NCBI GenBank assembly: GCA_964016885.1
Contig: CAXHJY010000641.1
Span: forward strand, 25,398 to 89,397
Source: Eledone cirrhosa
Taxonomy: Eukaryota
DNA: 64,000 nt
Direction of reading: 5' to 3'
Within the stretch, counting starts at the first letter, position 1; the number at the start of each line of letters is the position of its first letter. Shown piece by piece: positions 1-12,611 of the stretch. The position numbers and the translations under genes are program-made. The notes beneath the pieces are model-generated. The model saw nothing but the letters and a program-made list of their open reading frames with translations, made no database searches and was not told where the DNA came from.

Positions 1-432
<432 letters not shown>

Positions 433-675
433 CCGAGGAACTAATGATGGAGGGGAAAAACTGGAGTTAGGAATATGGTCTGCTAGAGGTGGAGGGGGTG
501 GAAGAATTAGGGAGTCGAGTGTAGTGGGGGAGGGGGGAACATATATGGTGGAGGGGGGGAGGGGGAGGCGGCTAGAAAAGGGATTTCGTTGAATTTGAGA
601 TGGAGAAAATGAGACTGTGCCTGGTGTGGCGGCGGTGGTGGGGAGGATTGGAAAAAAAAAAGGGGTCGAGAGAAG

Positions 676-3480
676 ATGGTGGTGGTGGTGGTGGTGGTGG
701 TGGTGGGGGAAATGGTGTTGATGTTGTTGTTGGTGTTGGTGGTGGTGGTGGTGGTGGTGGTGGTGATGGTGGTGGTGGTGGTGGTGTTGGTGTTGTTGGT
801 GTTGGTGTTGGTGGTGGTGGTGGGGGAAATGGTGTTGATGTTGTTGGTGGTGTTGTTGGTGGTGGTGGTGTTGGTGGTGGTGGTGGTGGTGGTGGTGGTG
901 GTGGGGGAAATGGTGTTGATGTTGTTGGTGGTGGTGTTGGTGGTGGTGGTGGTGGTGGTGGTGGTGGTGGTGGTGGTGGTGGTGGTGGTGGTGGGGGAAA
1001 TGGTGTTGATGTTGTTGGTGGTGGTGTTGGTGGTGGTGGTGGTGTTGGTGGTGGTGGTGGGGGAAATGGTGTTGATGTTGTTGGTGGTGGTGTTGGTGGT
1101 GGTGGTGGTGGTGGTGGTGGTGGTGGGGGAAATGGTGTTGATGTTGTTGGTGGTGGTGTTGGTGGTGGTGGTGGTGGTGGTGGTGGTGGTGGTGGTGGTG
1201 GTGGTGGTGGTGGTGGGGGAAATGGTGTTGATGTTGTTGGTGGTGGTGTTGGTGTTGTTGGTGGTGGTGGTGGTGGTGGTGGTGGTGTTGGTGGTGGTGG
1301 TGTTGGTGTTGGTGGTGGTGGTGTTGGTGGTGGTGTTGGTGGTGTTGTTGGTGGTGGTGGTGGTGGTGGTGTTGTTGGTGGTGGGGTGGTGGTGGTGGTG
1401 GTGGTGTTGTTGGTGGTGGGGTGGTGGTGTTGTTGGTGGTGGTCTTGGTGTTAGTGGTGGTGTTGGTGTTGTAGGTGGTGGTGTTGGTGGTAGTGGTGTT
1501 GGTGGTGTTGGTGTAGTTGGTGGTGGTGGGGGAAATGGTGTTGATGTTGTTGGTGGTGTTGGTGGTGGTGGTGTTGGTGGTGTTGGTGGTGGTGGTGGTG
1601 TTGGTGGTGGTGGTGGTGGTGTTGATGTTGTTGGTGGTGGTGGTGGTGGTGGTGTTGGTGGTGGTGTTGGTGGTGGTGGTGGTGGTGGTGTTGGTGTAGT
1701 TGGTGGTGGTGGGGGAAATGGTGTTGATGTTGTTGGTGGTGTTGGTGGTGGTGGTGTTGGTGGTGGTGGTGGTGGTGTTGATGTTGTTGGTGGTGGTGGT
1801 GGTGGTGGTGTTGTTGGTGGTGGTGGTGGTGGTGGGGGAAATGGTGTTGATGTTGTTGGTGGTGGTGTTGGTGGTGTTGGTGGTGGTGGTGGTGTTGTTG
1901 GTGGTGGTGGGGGAAATGGTGTTGATGTTGGTGGTGTTGGTGGTGGTGTTGGTGGTGGTGGTGGTGTTGGTGGTGGTGGTGGTGGTGGTGGTGGTGTTGG
2001 TGTTGGTGGTGTTGGTGGTGTTGGTGGTGTTGGTGTTGTTGGTGGTGGTGGGGGAAATGGTGTTGATGTTGTTGGTGGTGTTGGTGGTGGTGGTGGTGGT
2101 GTTGATGTTGTTGGTGGTGGTGGTGGTGGTGGTGTTGTTGGTGGTGGTGGTGGTGGGGGAATGGTGTTGATGTTGTTGGTGGTGGTGTTGGTGGTGGTGG
2201 TGGTGGTGTTGGTGTAGTTGGTGGTGGTGGGGGAAATGGTGTTGATGTTGTTGGTGGTGTTGGTGGTGGTGGTGTTGGTGGTGTTGGTGGTGGTGTTGTT
2301 GTTGGTGGTGGTGGTGTTGGTGTTGTTGGTGGTGGTGGGGGAAATTGTGTTGATGTTGTTGGTGGTGTTGGTGGTGGTGGTGGTGGTGTTGATGTTGTTG
2401 GTGGTGGTGGTGGTGGTGGTGTTGTTGGTGGTGGTGGTGGTGGGGGAAATGGTGTTGATGTTGTTGGTGGTGGTGTTGGTGGTGGTGGTGGTGGTGTTGG
2501 TGTAGTTGGTGGTGGTGGGGGAAATGGTGTTGATGTTGTTGGTGGTGTTGGTGGTGGTGGTGTTGGTGGTGTTGGTGGTGGTGTTGTTGTTGGTGGTGGT
2601 GGTGTTGGTGTTGTTGGTGGTGGTGGGGGAAATTGTGTTGATGTTGTTGGTGGTGTTGGTGGTGGTGGTGGTGGTGTTGATGTTGTTGGTGGTGGTGGTG
2701 GTGGTGGTGTTGTTGGTGGTGGTGGTGGTGGGGGAAATGGTGTTGATGTTGTTGGTGGTGGTGTTGGTGGTGGTGTTGGTGGTGGTGGTGGTGGTGTTGG
2801 TGTAGTTGGTGGTGGTGGGGGAATGGTGTTGATGTTGTTGGTGGTGTTGGTGGTGGTGGTGTTGGTGGTGTTGGTGGTGGTGTTGTTGGTGGTGGTGGTG
2901 GTGTTGGTGTTGTTGGTGGTGGTGGGGGAAATGGTGTTGATGTTGTTGGTGGTGTTGGTGGTGTTGGTGTTGTTGGTGGTGGTGGTGGTGTTGGTGGTGT
3001 TGGTGTTGGTGTTGTTGGTGGTGGTGGTGGTGTTGGTGGTGTTGTTGGTGGTGGTGTGGTGGTGTTGTTGGTGGTGGTCTTGGTGTTGGTGTTGTAGGTG
3101 GTGGTGTTGGTGGTAGTGGTGTTGGTGTTGTTGGTGGTGGTGTTGGTGTTGGTGGTGGTGTTGTTGGTGTTGTTGGTGGTGTTGGTGTTGGTGGTGGTGG
3201 TGTTGGTGTTGTTGGTGGTGGTGTTGGTGTTGGTGGTGGTGTTGTTGGTGTTGTTGGTGGTGTTGGTGTTGGTGGTGGTGGTGTTGTTGTTGTTGTTGGT
3301 GTTGTCGGTGGTGGTGTTGGTGTTGTTGGTGTTGTTGTTGGTGTTGTTGTTGGTGGTGTTGGTGGTGGAAATGGTGATGTTGTTATTGGTGTTGGTGCTG
3401 GTGGAGATGTTGTTATTTTTGTTAGTGGTGGTGGTGGTGTTGTAGGTGCTCGTGGTGGTGATGATGATGATGGTGATGGT
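676..3480. repeat. Compound (GGT/GTT)n trinucleotide array with higher-order units
   Basis: GGT/GTT triplets punctuated by recurring GGGGGAAATGGTGTTGATGTTGTT; ~288-300 bp block duplicated at 2218-2505 and 2506-2805. Confidence 0.95.
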
Positions 3481-3654
3481 GTGTATGTGGTGATGGTGGT
3501 GTTGTGGAAGTGGTAGTAGTGGTGGTTGTGAGGGGAAGCAGGAGTGTTTGGATGTAGAGAGAGGGGGGGGTGTATGTTGTATTTGTTGGGGGGGCTGGGT
3601 GTGGAGACCTGCTGAGGGGACAGGGAGATTGATGCAGTAAATGAGACTGGGGTC

Positions 3655-3686
3655 TAGTAGATTGAGAGGGAGAGAGAGAGAGAAAG

Positions 3687-3719
<33 letters not shown>

Positions 3720-4800
3720 TAGATTGATAGGTAGGGAGAGAGAGAAAGTATATATATATAGAGAGAGAGGGGGGGAGAGAGAGAGTAGATTGATAGAGAG
3801 GGAGAGAGAGAGTAGATTGATAGAGAGGGAGAGAGAGAGTAGATTGATAGAGAGGGAGAGGGAGAGAGAGAGTAGATTGATAGAGAGGGAGAGAGAGAGA
3901 GAGAGAGTAGATTGATAGGGAGGGAGAGAGAGAGTAGATTGATAGAGAGGGAGAGAGAGAGAGAGAGTAGATTGATAGAGAGGGAGAGAGAGAGTAGATT
4001 GATAGGGAGGGAGAGAGAGAAAGTATATATATATAGAGAGAGAAGGAGAGAGAGAAGGAGAGAGAGAGTAGATTGATAGAGAGGGGAGAGAGAGAGAGAG
4101 AGAGTAGATTGATAGGGAGGGAGAGACAGAGAGAGTAGAAAGATAGAGAGGGAGAGAGAGAGAGTAGATTGATATATATAGAGAGAGAGTAGATTGATAG
4201 AGAGGGAGAGGGAGAGTAGATTGATAGGGAGGGAGAGAGAAAGTATATATATATAGAGAGAGAGGGGGGAGAGAGAGAGTAGATTGATAGAGAGGGAGAG
4301 AGAGAGTAGATTGATAGAGAGGGAGAGGGAGAGTGAGAGTAGATTGATAGGGAGGGCGAGAGAGAAAGTATATATATATATAGAGAGAGAGAGTATATTG
4401 ATAGAGAGGGAGAGAGAGAGAGAGTAGATTGATAGAGAGGGAGAGAGAGAGTAGATTGATAGGGAGGAGAGACAGAGAGAGTAGAAAGATAGAGAGGGAG
4501 AGAGAGAGAGTAGATTGATAGAGAGGGAGAGAGAGAGAGTAGATTGATAGAGAGGGAGAGAGAGAGTAGATTGATAGGGGGGGAGAGAGAGAGTAGATTG
4601 ATAGGGAGGGACAGAGAGAGTAGATTGATAGAGAGGGGGAGAGAGAGTAGATTGATAGAGAGGGAGAGAGGGACAGTAGATAGAGAGAGAGAATGAGAGA
4701 GGTACGGTAGATAGGTAGAGAGTAGATAGAGGGGGAGTTGATAGATAAATAGAGAGAGAGAGAGTGAGAGAGAGAGAGAGAAGGATAGATAGATAAAGTA
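3655..4800. repeat. (GA)n-based minisatellite with GAGTAGATTGATAG core
   Basis: Core motif recurs every ~25-50 bp between GA runs. Confidence 0.9.
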
Positions 4801-4850
4801 GAGAAAGTGTTTGAGTTCCTCAGACACGTGTACCCACAACGATATCTTCG

Positions 4851-6842
4851 ACACTTTCAAAAACACATTTTATATAGATCTTTTCAAAACACACATTTCA
4901 TATAGATCTTTTTTTTTACACTTTCACAAAACACACATTTCATATAGATTTTTTTTCGACCTTCACAAAACACACATTTCATATAGATTTCTTTTTTACC
5001 TTTCTCAAAACACACATTTCATATAGATTTCTTTTTTACCTTTCTCAAAACACACATTTCATATAGATTTCTTTTTTACCTTTCTCAAAACACACATTTC
5101 ATATAGATTTCTTTTTTACCTTTCTCAAACACACATTTCATATAGATTTCTTTTTTACCTTTCTCAAAACACACATTTCATATAGATTTCTTTTTTACCT
5201 TTCTCAAAACACACATTTCATATAGATCTTTTTTTTTGCACTTTCACAAAACACACATTTCATATAGATCTTTGTTTTACACTTTCACAAAACACACATT
5301 TCATATAGATATTTTTTTTTACACTTTCACAAAACACACATTTCATATAGATATTTTGTTTTACACTTTCACAAAACACACATTTCATATAGATATTTTT
5401 TTTTACACTTTCACAAAACACATTTCATATAGATATTTCTTTTTACACTTTCACAAAACACACATTTCATATAGATATTTCTTTTTACACTTTCACAAAA
5501 CACACATTTCATATAGATATTTCTTTTTACACTTTCACAAAACACACATTTCATATAGATATTTCTTTTTACACTTTCACAAAACACAGATTTCATATAG
5601 ATCTTTTTTTTTACTTTCACAAAACACACATTTCATATAGATCTTTTTTTTTACACTTTCACAAAACACACATTTCATATAGATCTTTTTTTTTACACTT
5701 TCACAAAACACACATTTCATATAGATCTTTTTTTTTACACTTTCACAAAACACACATTTCATATAGATCTTTTTTTTTACTTTCACAAAACACACATTTC
5801 ATATAGATCTTTTTTTTTACACTTTCACAAAACACACATTTCATATAGATCTTTTTTTTTACACTTTCACAAAACACACATTTCATATAGATCTTTTTTT
5901 TTACACTTTCACAAAACACACATTTCATATAGATCTTTTTTTTTACACTTTCACAAAACACATTTCATATAGATCTTTTTTTTTACACTTTCACAAAACA
6001 CACATTTCATATAGATCTTTTTTTTTACTTTCACAAAACACATTTCATATAGATCTTTTTTTTTACACTTTCACAAAACACACATTTCATATAGATCTTT
6101 TTTTTTACACTTTCACAAAACACACATTTCATATAGATCTTTTTTTTTACACTTTCACAAAACACATTTCATATAGATCTTTTTTTTTACACTTTCACAA
6201 AACACACATTTCATATAGATCTTTTTTTTTACACTTTCACAAAACACACATTTCATATAGATCTTTTTTTTTTACACTTTCACAAAACACACATTTCATA
6301 TAGATCTTTTTTTTTACACTTTCACAAAACACACATTTCATATAGATCTTTTTTTTTACACTTTCACAAAACACACATTTCATATAGATCTTTTTTTTTA
6401 CACTTTCACAAAACACACATTTCATATAGATTTCTTTTTTACCTTTCTCAAAACACATTTCATATAGATCTTTTTTTTTGCACTTTCACAAGACACACAT
6501 TTCATACAGATCTTTTTTTTTACACTTTCACAAAACACACATTTCATATAGATCTTTTTTTTTACACTTTCACAAAACACACATTTCATATAGATCTTTT
6601 TTTCGACCTTTCACAAAACACACATTTCATATAGATTTTTTTCGACCTTTCACAAAACACACATTTCATATAGATTTTTTTCCTTCACTTTCACAAAACA
6701 CACATTTCATAATGTTTTTTTTTTTTCGACGTATCACAAAACACAGATTTCATATAGATTTATTTTTCGACCGCTCACAAAACACATTTCATATGAATTT
6801 TTTTTTGATACTTTCACAAAACACACATTTCATATAGATTTT
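4851..6842. repeat. ~40-bp tandem minisatellite (TTCACAAAACACACATTTCATATAGATC-T-tract-ACACT), ~48 copies
   Basis: Head-to-tail copies with variant sub-blocks (e.g. the ...TTTCTTTTTTACCTTTCTC variant at 4980-5220). Confidence 0.95.
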
Positions 6843-7004
6843 TTATATATGTATATACATGCTTATATATATATAAGTGTATATACATGCATACATATAT
6901 ATGTATGTATCTATTTGTTGTTTAGCCCTTGGTCAGTACTGTGGCTGTGATCAATCTAGCTAGCAATCTGTCTGTCTGTCTCTCTGTCTGTCTCTCTGTC
7001 TACG

Positions 7005-7042
<38 letters not shown>

Positions 7043-7067
7043 ATATGTCAATAAGTCATGCATAAAT

Positions 7068-7222
7068 CCGCCATTTTAGTTTCAATTAAATTCACACACA
7101 CACAGACACACGCACACATATATGAAGGCAGGAGCACCGGAAGTTGATATAAGGAGCTCAATACAGCAGACATATTAAATTTTTTATCTCCCTGCGAGGC
7201 ACGTTACAAATGCGCAGGCGCA
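7068..7222. promoter_or_regulatory. Candidate promoter/enhancer motif cluster (YY1, ETS, NRF1)
   Basis: CCGCCATTTT 7068-7077, ACCGGAAGT 7136-7144, TGCGCAGGCGCA 7211-7222, all within 155 bp. Confidence 0.45.
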
Positions 7223-7362
<140 letters not shown>

Positions 7363-7480
7363 TGTATGTATGTATGTATGTATGTATGTATGTATATACG
7401 TGTGTGAATATACGAGCTGACAATACCTTCATTGTACGTGGTTCTAACCTTATAAAGGAGTGTATGTATACAATTGTGCC

Positions 7481-7566
<86 letters not shown>

Positions 7567-7812
7567 CATACACACGTACAGTCGTGTGTCTGCGCGATTA
7601 ATTGTCACTAATGTTTTGTATACCCAGGGTGTATATATATGTGTGTATACATATTCATATATATGTGCATATATGAATATATATATATATACACACATAT
7701 ATATGTGTATATTGTATATATATACACACATATATATGTGTATATTGTATATATATACACACATATATGTGTATATTGTATATATATGTTTGTGTGTATA
7801 TATATATATGTA

Positions 7813-7859
<47 letters not shown>

Positions 7860-8206
7860 ATATATATATATGTGTATATATATATATATATATGTGTGTA
7901 TATATATATGTGTGTGTGTGTGTGTTCCACTCAGCTTCAACTCCACTCCACCCGTCACACCCCTCGCCACCCGGTTCCTTCATTTGGGTTAATCGGTGCG
8001 CGTACACGCGTGTACTGTTTTGTGTGAATAATGGCGGGGTTGGGGGTCGGGGGGATGGAGGTGGTGAGGGAGTGGTGGTGGTGGCGGTGGTGGTGATGGT
8101 AGTAGTGGTGGTGGTTTAGGTGGTGGCGTAGAGTCGACTTGAGGCAGAAGGGAAAAATATATTACAGCGTTGAATAAAACGAAAGCGTGCTAGAAATAAT
8201 AAAAAC

Positions 8207-8665
8207 AATAATAATAATAATAATAATAATAATGATTTCTTTATTAACCACAAGGGTTTACATAAAGTAGACATTAAGGACAGTGCAGGACAATGCAGGA
8301 CGGTACAAATGGGCATTTCTGCGTGTAAAAAACAAAAACAGAGGATGTAACAAAAAATAACAATGAAAAATTCCCCAATAGGGGGGAGACTTCGGAGGGA
8401 CATTTGTGGAGAAAGCCCAGTAAAAAGCCAAAATGACCCTGACCACCAAGGCAAGTGCCCTCTCCCAGTTTTCCACCTTTAATTTACAGATATATACTCA
8501 GAGTAGGCCCATTCACTCGGGCCATCCTTGCTTCTCTCACCCATCTTTCAACAAAATGCTGGGAAGAGAGCACTTCCCTCTCTACTCTGATTTTCCTTTT
8601 CAAATGAAATTTGAAAAAGTCAATCAGAGCATCACCGAAGAGGTAAGTGCTCGTCTTCAGCCCTT
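8207..8665 (-). mobile_element. 5'-truncated Tx1/L1-like LINE 3' end (ORF2 C-terminus, 3'UTR, (ATT)n tail)
   Basis: Minus strand translates GLKTSTYLFGDALIDFFKFHLKRKIRVEREVLSSQHFVERWVREARMARVNGPTLSIYL*, then a UTR ending CCCTTGTGGTTAATAAGAAATCATTATTATT. Clade assigned from memory of Tx1-type C-termini. Confidence 0.7.
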
Positions 8666-8778
8666 AATAATAATGATTTCTGTATTGGCCACAAGGGCTG
8701 ACATCAAGAAAAACATTACAGATGGTACAGGACGGTACAGGACGGTACGATGTGGGTTTTGGCCGTGTAAATATTTTT
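8665..8778 (-). mobile_element. Second short Tx1-like LINE 3' tail
   Basis: Reverse complement ends GCCCTTGTGGCCAATACAGAAATCATTATTATT, like the copy at 8207. Confidence 0.65.
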
Positions 8779-8779
8779 A

Positions 8780-8973
8780 AGGGCGGTGGATTGGCAGTAT
8801 TGGTAGAGGGTCGGACGCCATGCTTTCCAGCATAGTTACGTCCCTTTACAGTCTGAGTTCAAATCCCGCCGAGGTTAACTTTGCCTTTCATCCTTACGGG
8901 GTCGATAAAATAAAGTACCAGTAATGTACTGGAGTAATTGCTGGCCTTGTGCCAAAAGTAGAAACAATTATTT
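8780..8973 (+). mobile_element. tRNA-derived SINE, family 1 (full length)
   Basis: A-box TGGCAGTATTGG, B-box GAGTTCAAATCC, central GCCTTTCATCCTTACGGGGTCGATAAAATAAAGTACCAG, tail GGCCTTGTGCCAAAAGTAGAAACAATTATT; more than 12 copies in the window. Confidence 0.9.
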
Positions 8974-8980
8974 ATATAAG

Positions 8981-9120
8981 AAGTTACGTCCCTTTATGAT
9001 CTGAGTTCAAATCCCGCCGAGGTTAACTTTGCCTTTCATCCTTACGGGGTCGATAAAATAAAGTACCAGTAATGCACTGGGTAATTGCTGGCCTTGTGCC
9101 TAAAATAGAAACAATTATTT
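8981..9120 (+). mobile_element. SINE family 1, 5'-truncated
   Basis: B-box through tail matches the 8780 copy. Confidence 0.9.
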
Positions 9121-9124
9121 ATAT

Positions 9125-9345
9125 AAGAAAAGGAAAAAAAAAGGACATAGAAACATATATATATATAAACAATAGAAATGAAAATTGAAACAATGAAAAA
9201 TTTCCCAATAGGGGGGAAACCTCCGAGGGTCACTCGTGGTGAAAACCGCACAAAAGACCACAGCCACCCTGACCACCAGGGCAAGTGTCCTCTCTCAGTT
9301 CTCCCACTCCCCAGTCTACACATACTCAGAACGGGCCCGTTCCCA
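9125..9345 (-). mobile_element. Tx1-like LINE 3'UTR fragment (third variant)
   Basis: Shares AATTTCCCAATAGGGGGG and CCCTGACCACCAGGGCAAGTG with 8370-8460; its end translates NGPVLSMC, similar to NGPTLSIY. Confidence 0.65.
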
Positions 9346-10390
9346 TAATAATAATTGTTTCTACTTTAGGCACAAGGCCAGCAATTATCTCAGTTTATTA
9401 CTGGTACTTTATTTTATCGACTCTGTAACAATTGTTTCTACTTTTGGCACAAGGCCAGCAATTACCCCAGTGTATTACTGATACTTTATTTTATCGACCC
9501 TGTAACAATTGTTTCTACTTTAGGCACAAGGCCAGCAATTACCCCAGTGTATTACTGGTACTTTATTTTATCGACCCTGTAACAATTGTTTCTACTTTTG
9601 GCACAAGGCCAGCAATTACCCCAGTGTATTACTGGTACTTTATTTTATCGACCCTGTAACAATTGTTTCTACTTTTGGCACAAGGCCAGCAATTACCCCA
9701 GTGTATTACTGGTACTTTATTTTATCGACCCTGTAACAATTGTTTCTACTTTTGGCACAAGGCCAGCAATTACCCCAGTGTATTACTGGTACTTTATTTT
9801 ATCGACCCTGTAACAATTGTTTCTACTTTAGGCACAAGGCCAGCAATTACGCCAGTGTATTACTGGTACTTTATTTTATCGACCCTGTAACAATTGTTTC
9901 TACTTTTGGCACAAGGCCAGCAATTACCCCAGTGTATTACTGGTACTTTATTTTATCGACCCTGTAACAATTGTTTCTACTTTTGGCACAAGGCCAGCAA
10001 TTACCCCAGTGTATTACTGGTACTTTATTTTATCGACCCTGTAACAATTGTTTCTACTTTTGGCACAAGGCCAGCAATTACCCCAGTGTATTACTGGTAC
10101 TTTATTTTATCGACCCTGTAACAATTGTTTCTACTTTTGGCACAAGGCCAGCAATTACCCCAGTGTATTACTGGTACTTTATTTTATCGACCCTGTAACA
10201 ATTGTTTCTACTTTTGGCACAAGGCCAGCAATTACCCAGTGTATTACTGGTACTTTATTTTATCAACCCCGTAAGGATGAAAGGCAAAGTCAACCTCGGC
10301 GGGATTTGAACTCAGATCGTAAAGGGACGTAGCTCTATGCTGCAAAGCATGGCGTCCGACCCTCTACCGATACTGCCAATCCACCGCCCT
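9346..10390 (-). mobile_element. SINE family 1 with its 3' 77 bp amplified ~12 times in tandem
   Basis: 77-bp period from 9353 to ~10270; the last unit runs on into the B-box/A-box head (10270-10390). Confidence 0.92.
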
Positions 10391-10399
10391 ACGTTCCCA

Positions 10400-10600
10400 T
10401 AATAATAATAATAATAATTGTTTCTACTTTAGGCACAAGGCCAGCAATTACCCAGTGCATTACTGGTACTTTATTTTATCGACCTCCGTAAGGATGTAAA
10501 GCAAAGTTAACCTCGGCGGGATTTGAACTCAGAATGGCAAGGGCCGTAACTCTATGCGTCAAAGCATGGCGTCCGAACCCTCTACCGATACTGCCAACCC
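10400..10600 (-). mobile_element. SINE family 1 (full length)
   Basis: Reverse complement of the 8780 copy with an (ATT)n tail. Confidence 0.9.
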
Positions 10601-11440
10601 ATAACAATAACCGTTTCATTTATTGGCCACAAGGGCCGACATATAGGGGACAATACAAAAGACAGGGACAGTGGGGGGGGGCTACATATACAACGTGTAA
10701 ACAATATAGATAAAAATAACAAAAATAATAAAAATACAAGGAAAATTCCCCAATAGGGAAGATAACCACCCAGGGTTGACTAAGGTACCCCACCAATCCT
10801 GCACCACCCGACGGTTCGGGGGCACCCAGGAAGGGTAACCCTCTCATTGATAACCACCCAGGGTTGACTCATGTACCCCACCAATCCTGCACCACCCGAC
10901 GGTTCGGGGGCACCCAGGAAGGGTAACCCTCTCCTTGATAACCACCCAGGGTTAACTCAGGTACCCCACCAATCCTGCACCACCCGACGGTTCGGGGGCA
11001 CCCAGGAAGGGTAACCCTCTCCTTGATAACCACCCAGGGTTAACTCAGGTACCCCACCAATCCTGCACCACCCGACGTTTTGGGGGCACCCAGGAAGGGT
11101 AACCCTCTCCTTGATAACCACCCAGGGTTAACTCAGGTACCCCACCAATCCTGCACCACCCGACGTTTTGGGGGCACCCAGGAAGGGTAACCCTCTCCTT
11201 GATAACCACCCAGGGTTAACTCAGGTACCCCACCAATCCTGCACCACCCGACGCTTCGAGGGCACCCAGGAAGGGTAACCCTCTCATTGATAACCACCCA
11301 GGCTTAACTCAGGTACCTCACCAATCCTGCACCACTCGACGCTTCGAGAACACCCGGGTAGGTAACCCCTCTCCTCCTCCTCAAATTCACCCACCTACAG
11401 ATGCATGGTCAGAGTAGACCCACCCACACTTGCACAACAT
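10601..11440 (-). mobile_element. Tx1-like LINE 3' end containing an 88-bp x7 tandem array
   Basis: Tail GCCCTTGTGGCCAATAAATGAAA; ORF end ASVGGSTLTMHL* (~11397-11435); 88-bp units start at 10761, 10849, 10937 ... 11289. Confidence 0.75.
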
Positions 11441-11494
11441 GCTCCTGGGGGTGAGGGTTGTTCTATTGTTCTAAATATCATGTTATTATGTGTG

Positions 11495-11635
11495 CATAGT
11501 TACGTCCCTTTATGGTCTGAGTTCAAATCCCGCCGAGGTTGACTTTGCCTTTCATCCTTACGGGGTCGATAAAATAAAAGTACCAGTAATGCACTGGGGT
11601 AATTGCTGGCCTGGTGCCTAAAGTAGAAACATTTA
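11495..11635 (+). mobile_element. SINE family 1, 5'-truncated
   Basis: B-box, central domain and tail present. Confidence 0.9.
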
Positions 11636-11713
11636 TTTGTGGTATATTAATGCTGCCAATACTGGAAATCAAACATCAAGATAGTTGAGGTATGTCATAC
11701 ATCAATTCATGTA

Positions 11714-11778
11714 TTTTATCTGACGAGGACGTACTGTAAAAAAACAGCACAGTACCTTCGAAATATATATAATAAAAC
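11714..11778 (+). ncRNA. Minimal type-I hammerhead ribozyme motif
   Basis: TTTTAT-CTGACGA-GGACGTACTGT..ACAGTACCTTC-GAAA-TATATA-TA-ATAAAA: stem I 6 bp, stem II with 7-bp core, palindromic stem III. Confidence 0.75.
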
Positions 11779-11850
11779 ATATATTTTGATTATGTGAATG
11801 TCTTCATTTATTAATATTTTGAGTAAGTATATATATATATATATATATAT

Positions 11851-12060
11851 AAAACGATGGAAATGTGGTAAGGAACCAGGTGGACCATAACGCACCAAAG
11901 TACTCAATACTTAGGGTAGTAGAGTGGGTAATAGGAACGAGTAGGACCCCGACGGCTGAGCTCAAGCCGTTTCGACGGCTAATTCTGGACTAAATGAAAA
12001 TTTTTATCCTCATAAAAATTTTCATTTAGTCCAGAATTAGCCGTCGGGGTCTTACTCGTT

Positions 12061-12062
<2 letters not shown>
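11851..12062 (-). mobile_element. Short Penelope-like non-autonomous element, family B, with palindromic end
   Basis: GGAACGAGTAGGACCCCGACGGCTGAGCTC... repeat flanked by (TA)n; about 12 copies or fragments in the window. Confidence 0.75.
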
Positions 12063-12101
<39 letters not shown>

Positions 12102-12105
<4 letters not shown>

Positions 12106-12482
12106 CCAAGAAACTCACTCAGATGGGGGATGGGTGCTACACGAGAATGCTGAGGATGGCTCTGAACATTAATCAGTATACACTGAGGATGAAGAACTCA
12201 GAGCTGTACGGGAGCCTCCCAAAAGTCAGCTCAAGAGTGGCACAGAGGAGACTGAGTTTAGCTGGACATGCTCACCGACATCCAGAGTTGACACTGCACT
12301 CAGTGCTCCTGTGGCAGCCCCTACATGGACACACTAGAAGAGGAAGACCGAGGTTGACATATGTTGATGCCCTAAGGACAGACACTGGTCTGTTGGAGAT
12401 GCAGGATATGGCAGCGATATTGAGGGACAGAGACCGCTGGAGAGAATTCGTCCATGGATCTCGGGAATTTTACCTGCCCTAG
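12102..12482 (+). mobile_element. RTE-clade LINE 3' fragment (ORF C-terminus)
   Basis: DGCYTRMLRMALN...RRLSLAGH...VLLWQP..GHTRRGRPRLTYVD...DRDRWR; ends directly in (TA)n. Confidence 0.85.
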
Positions 12483-12611
12483 ATATATATATATATACGT
12501 ATTTATATATACACATATATATTTATATATATATATATGTGTGTGTGTATGATCAGTATATGAATGTGGGATCTACAGGTGAACGACCCTTAATAGTTAT
12601 TGTTCCACCCC

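Noticed and set aside
8615-8648. Apparent plus-strand exon MKFEKVNQSITEE with a GAG|GTAAGT donor
   Set aside because: Lies inside the antisense Tx1-like ORF2 relic.
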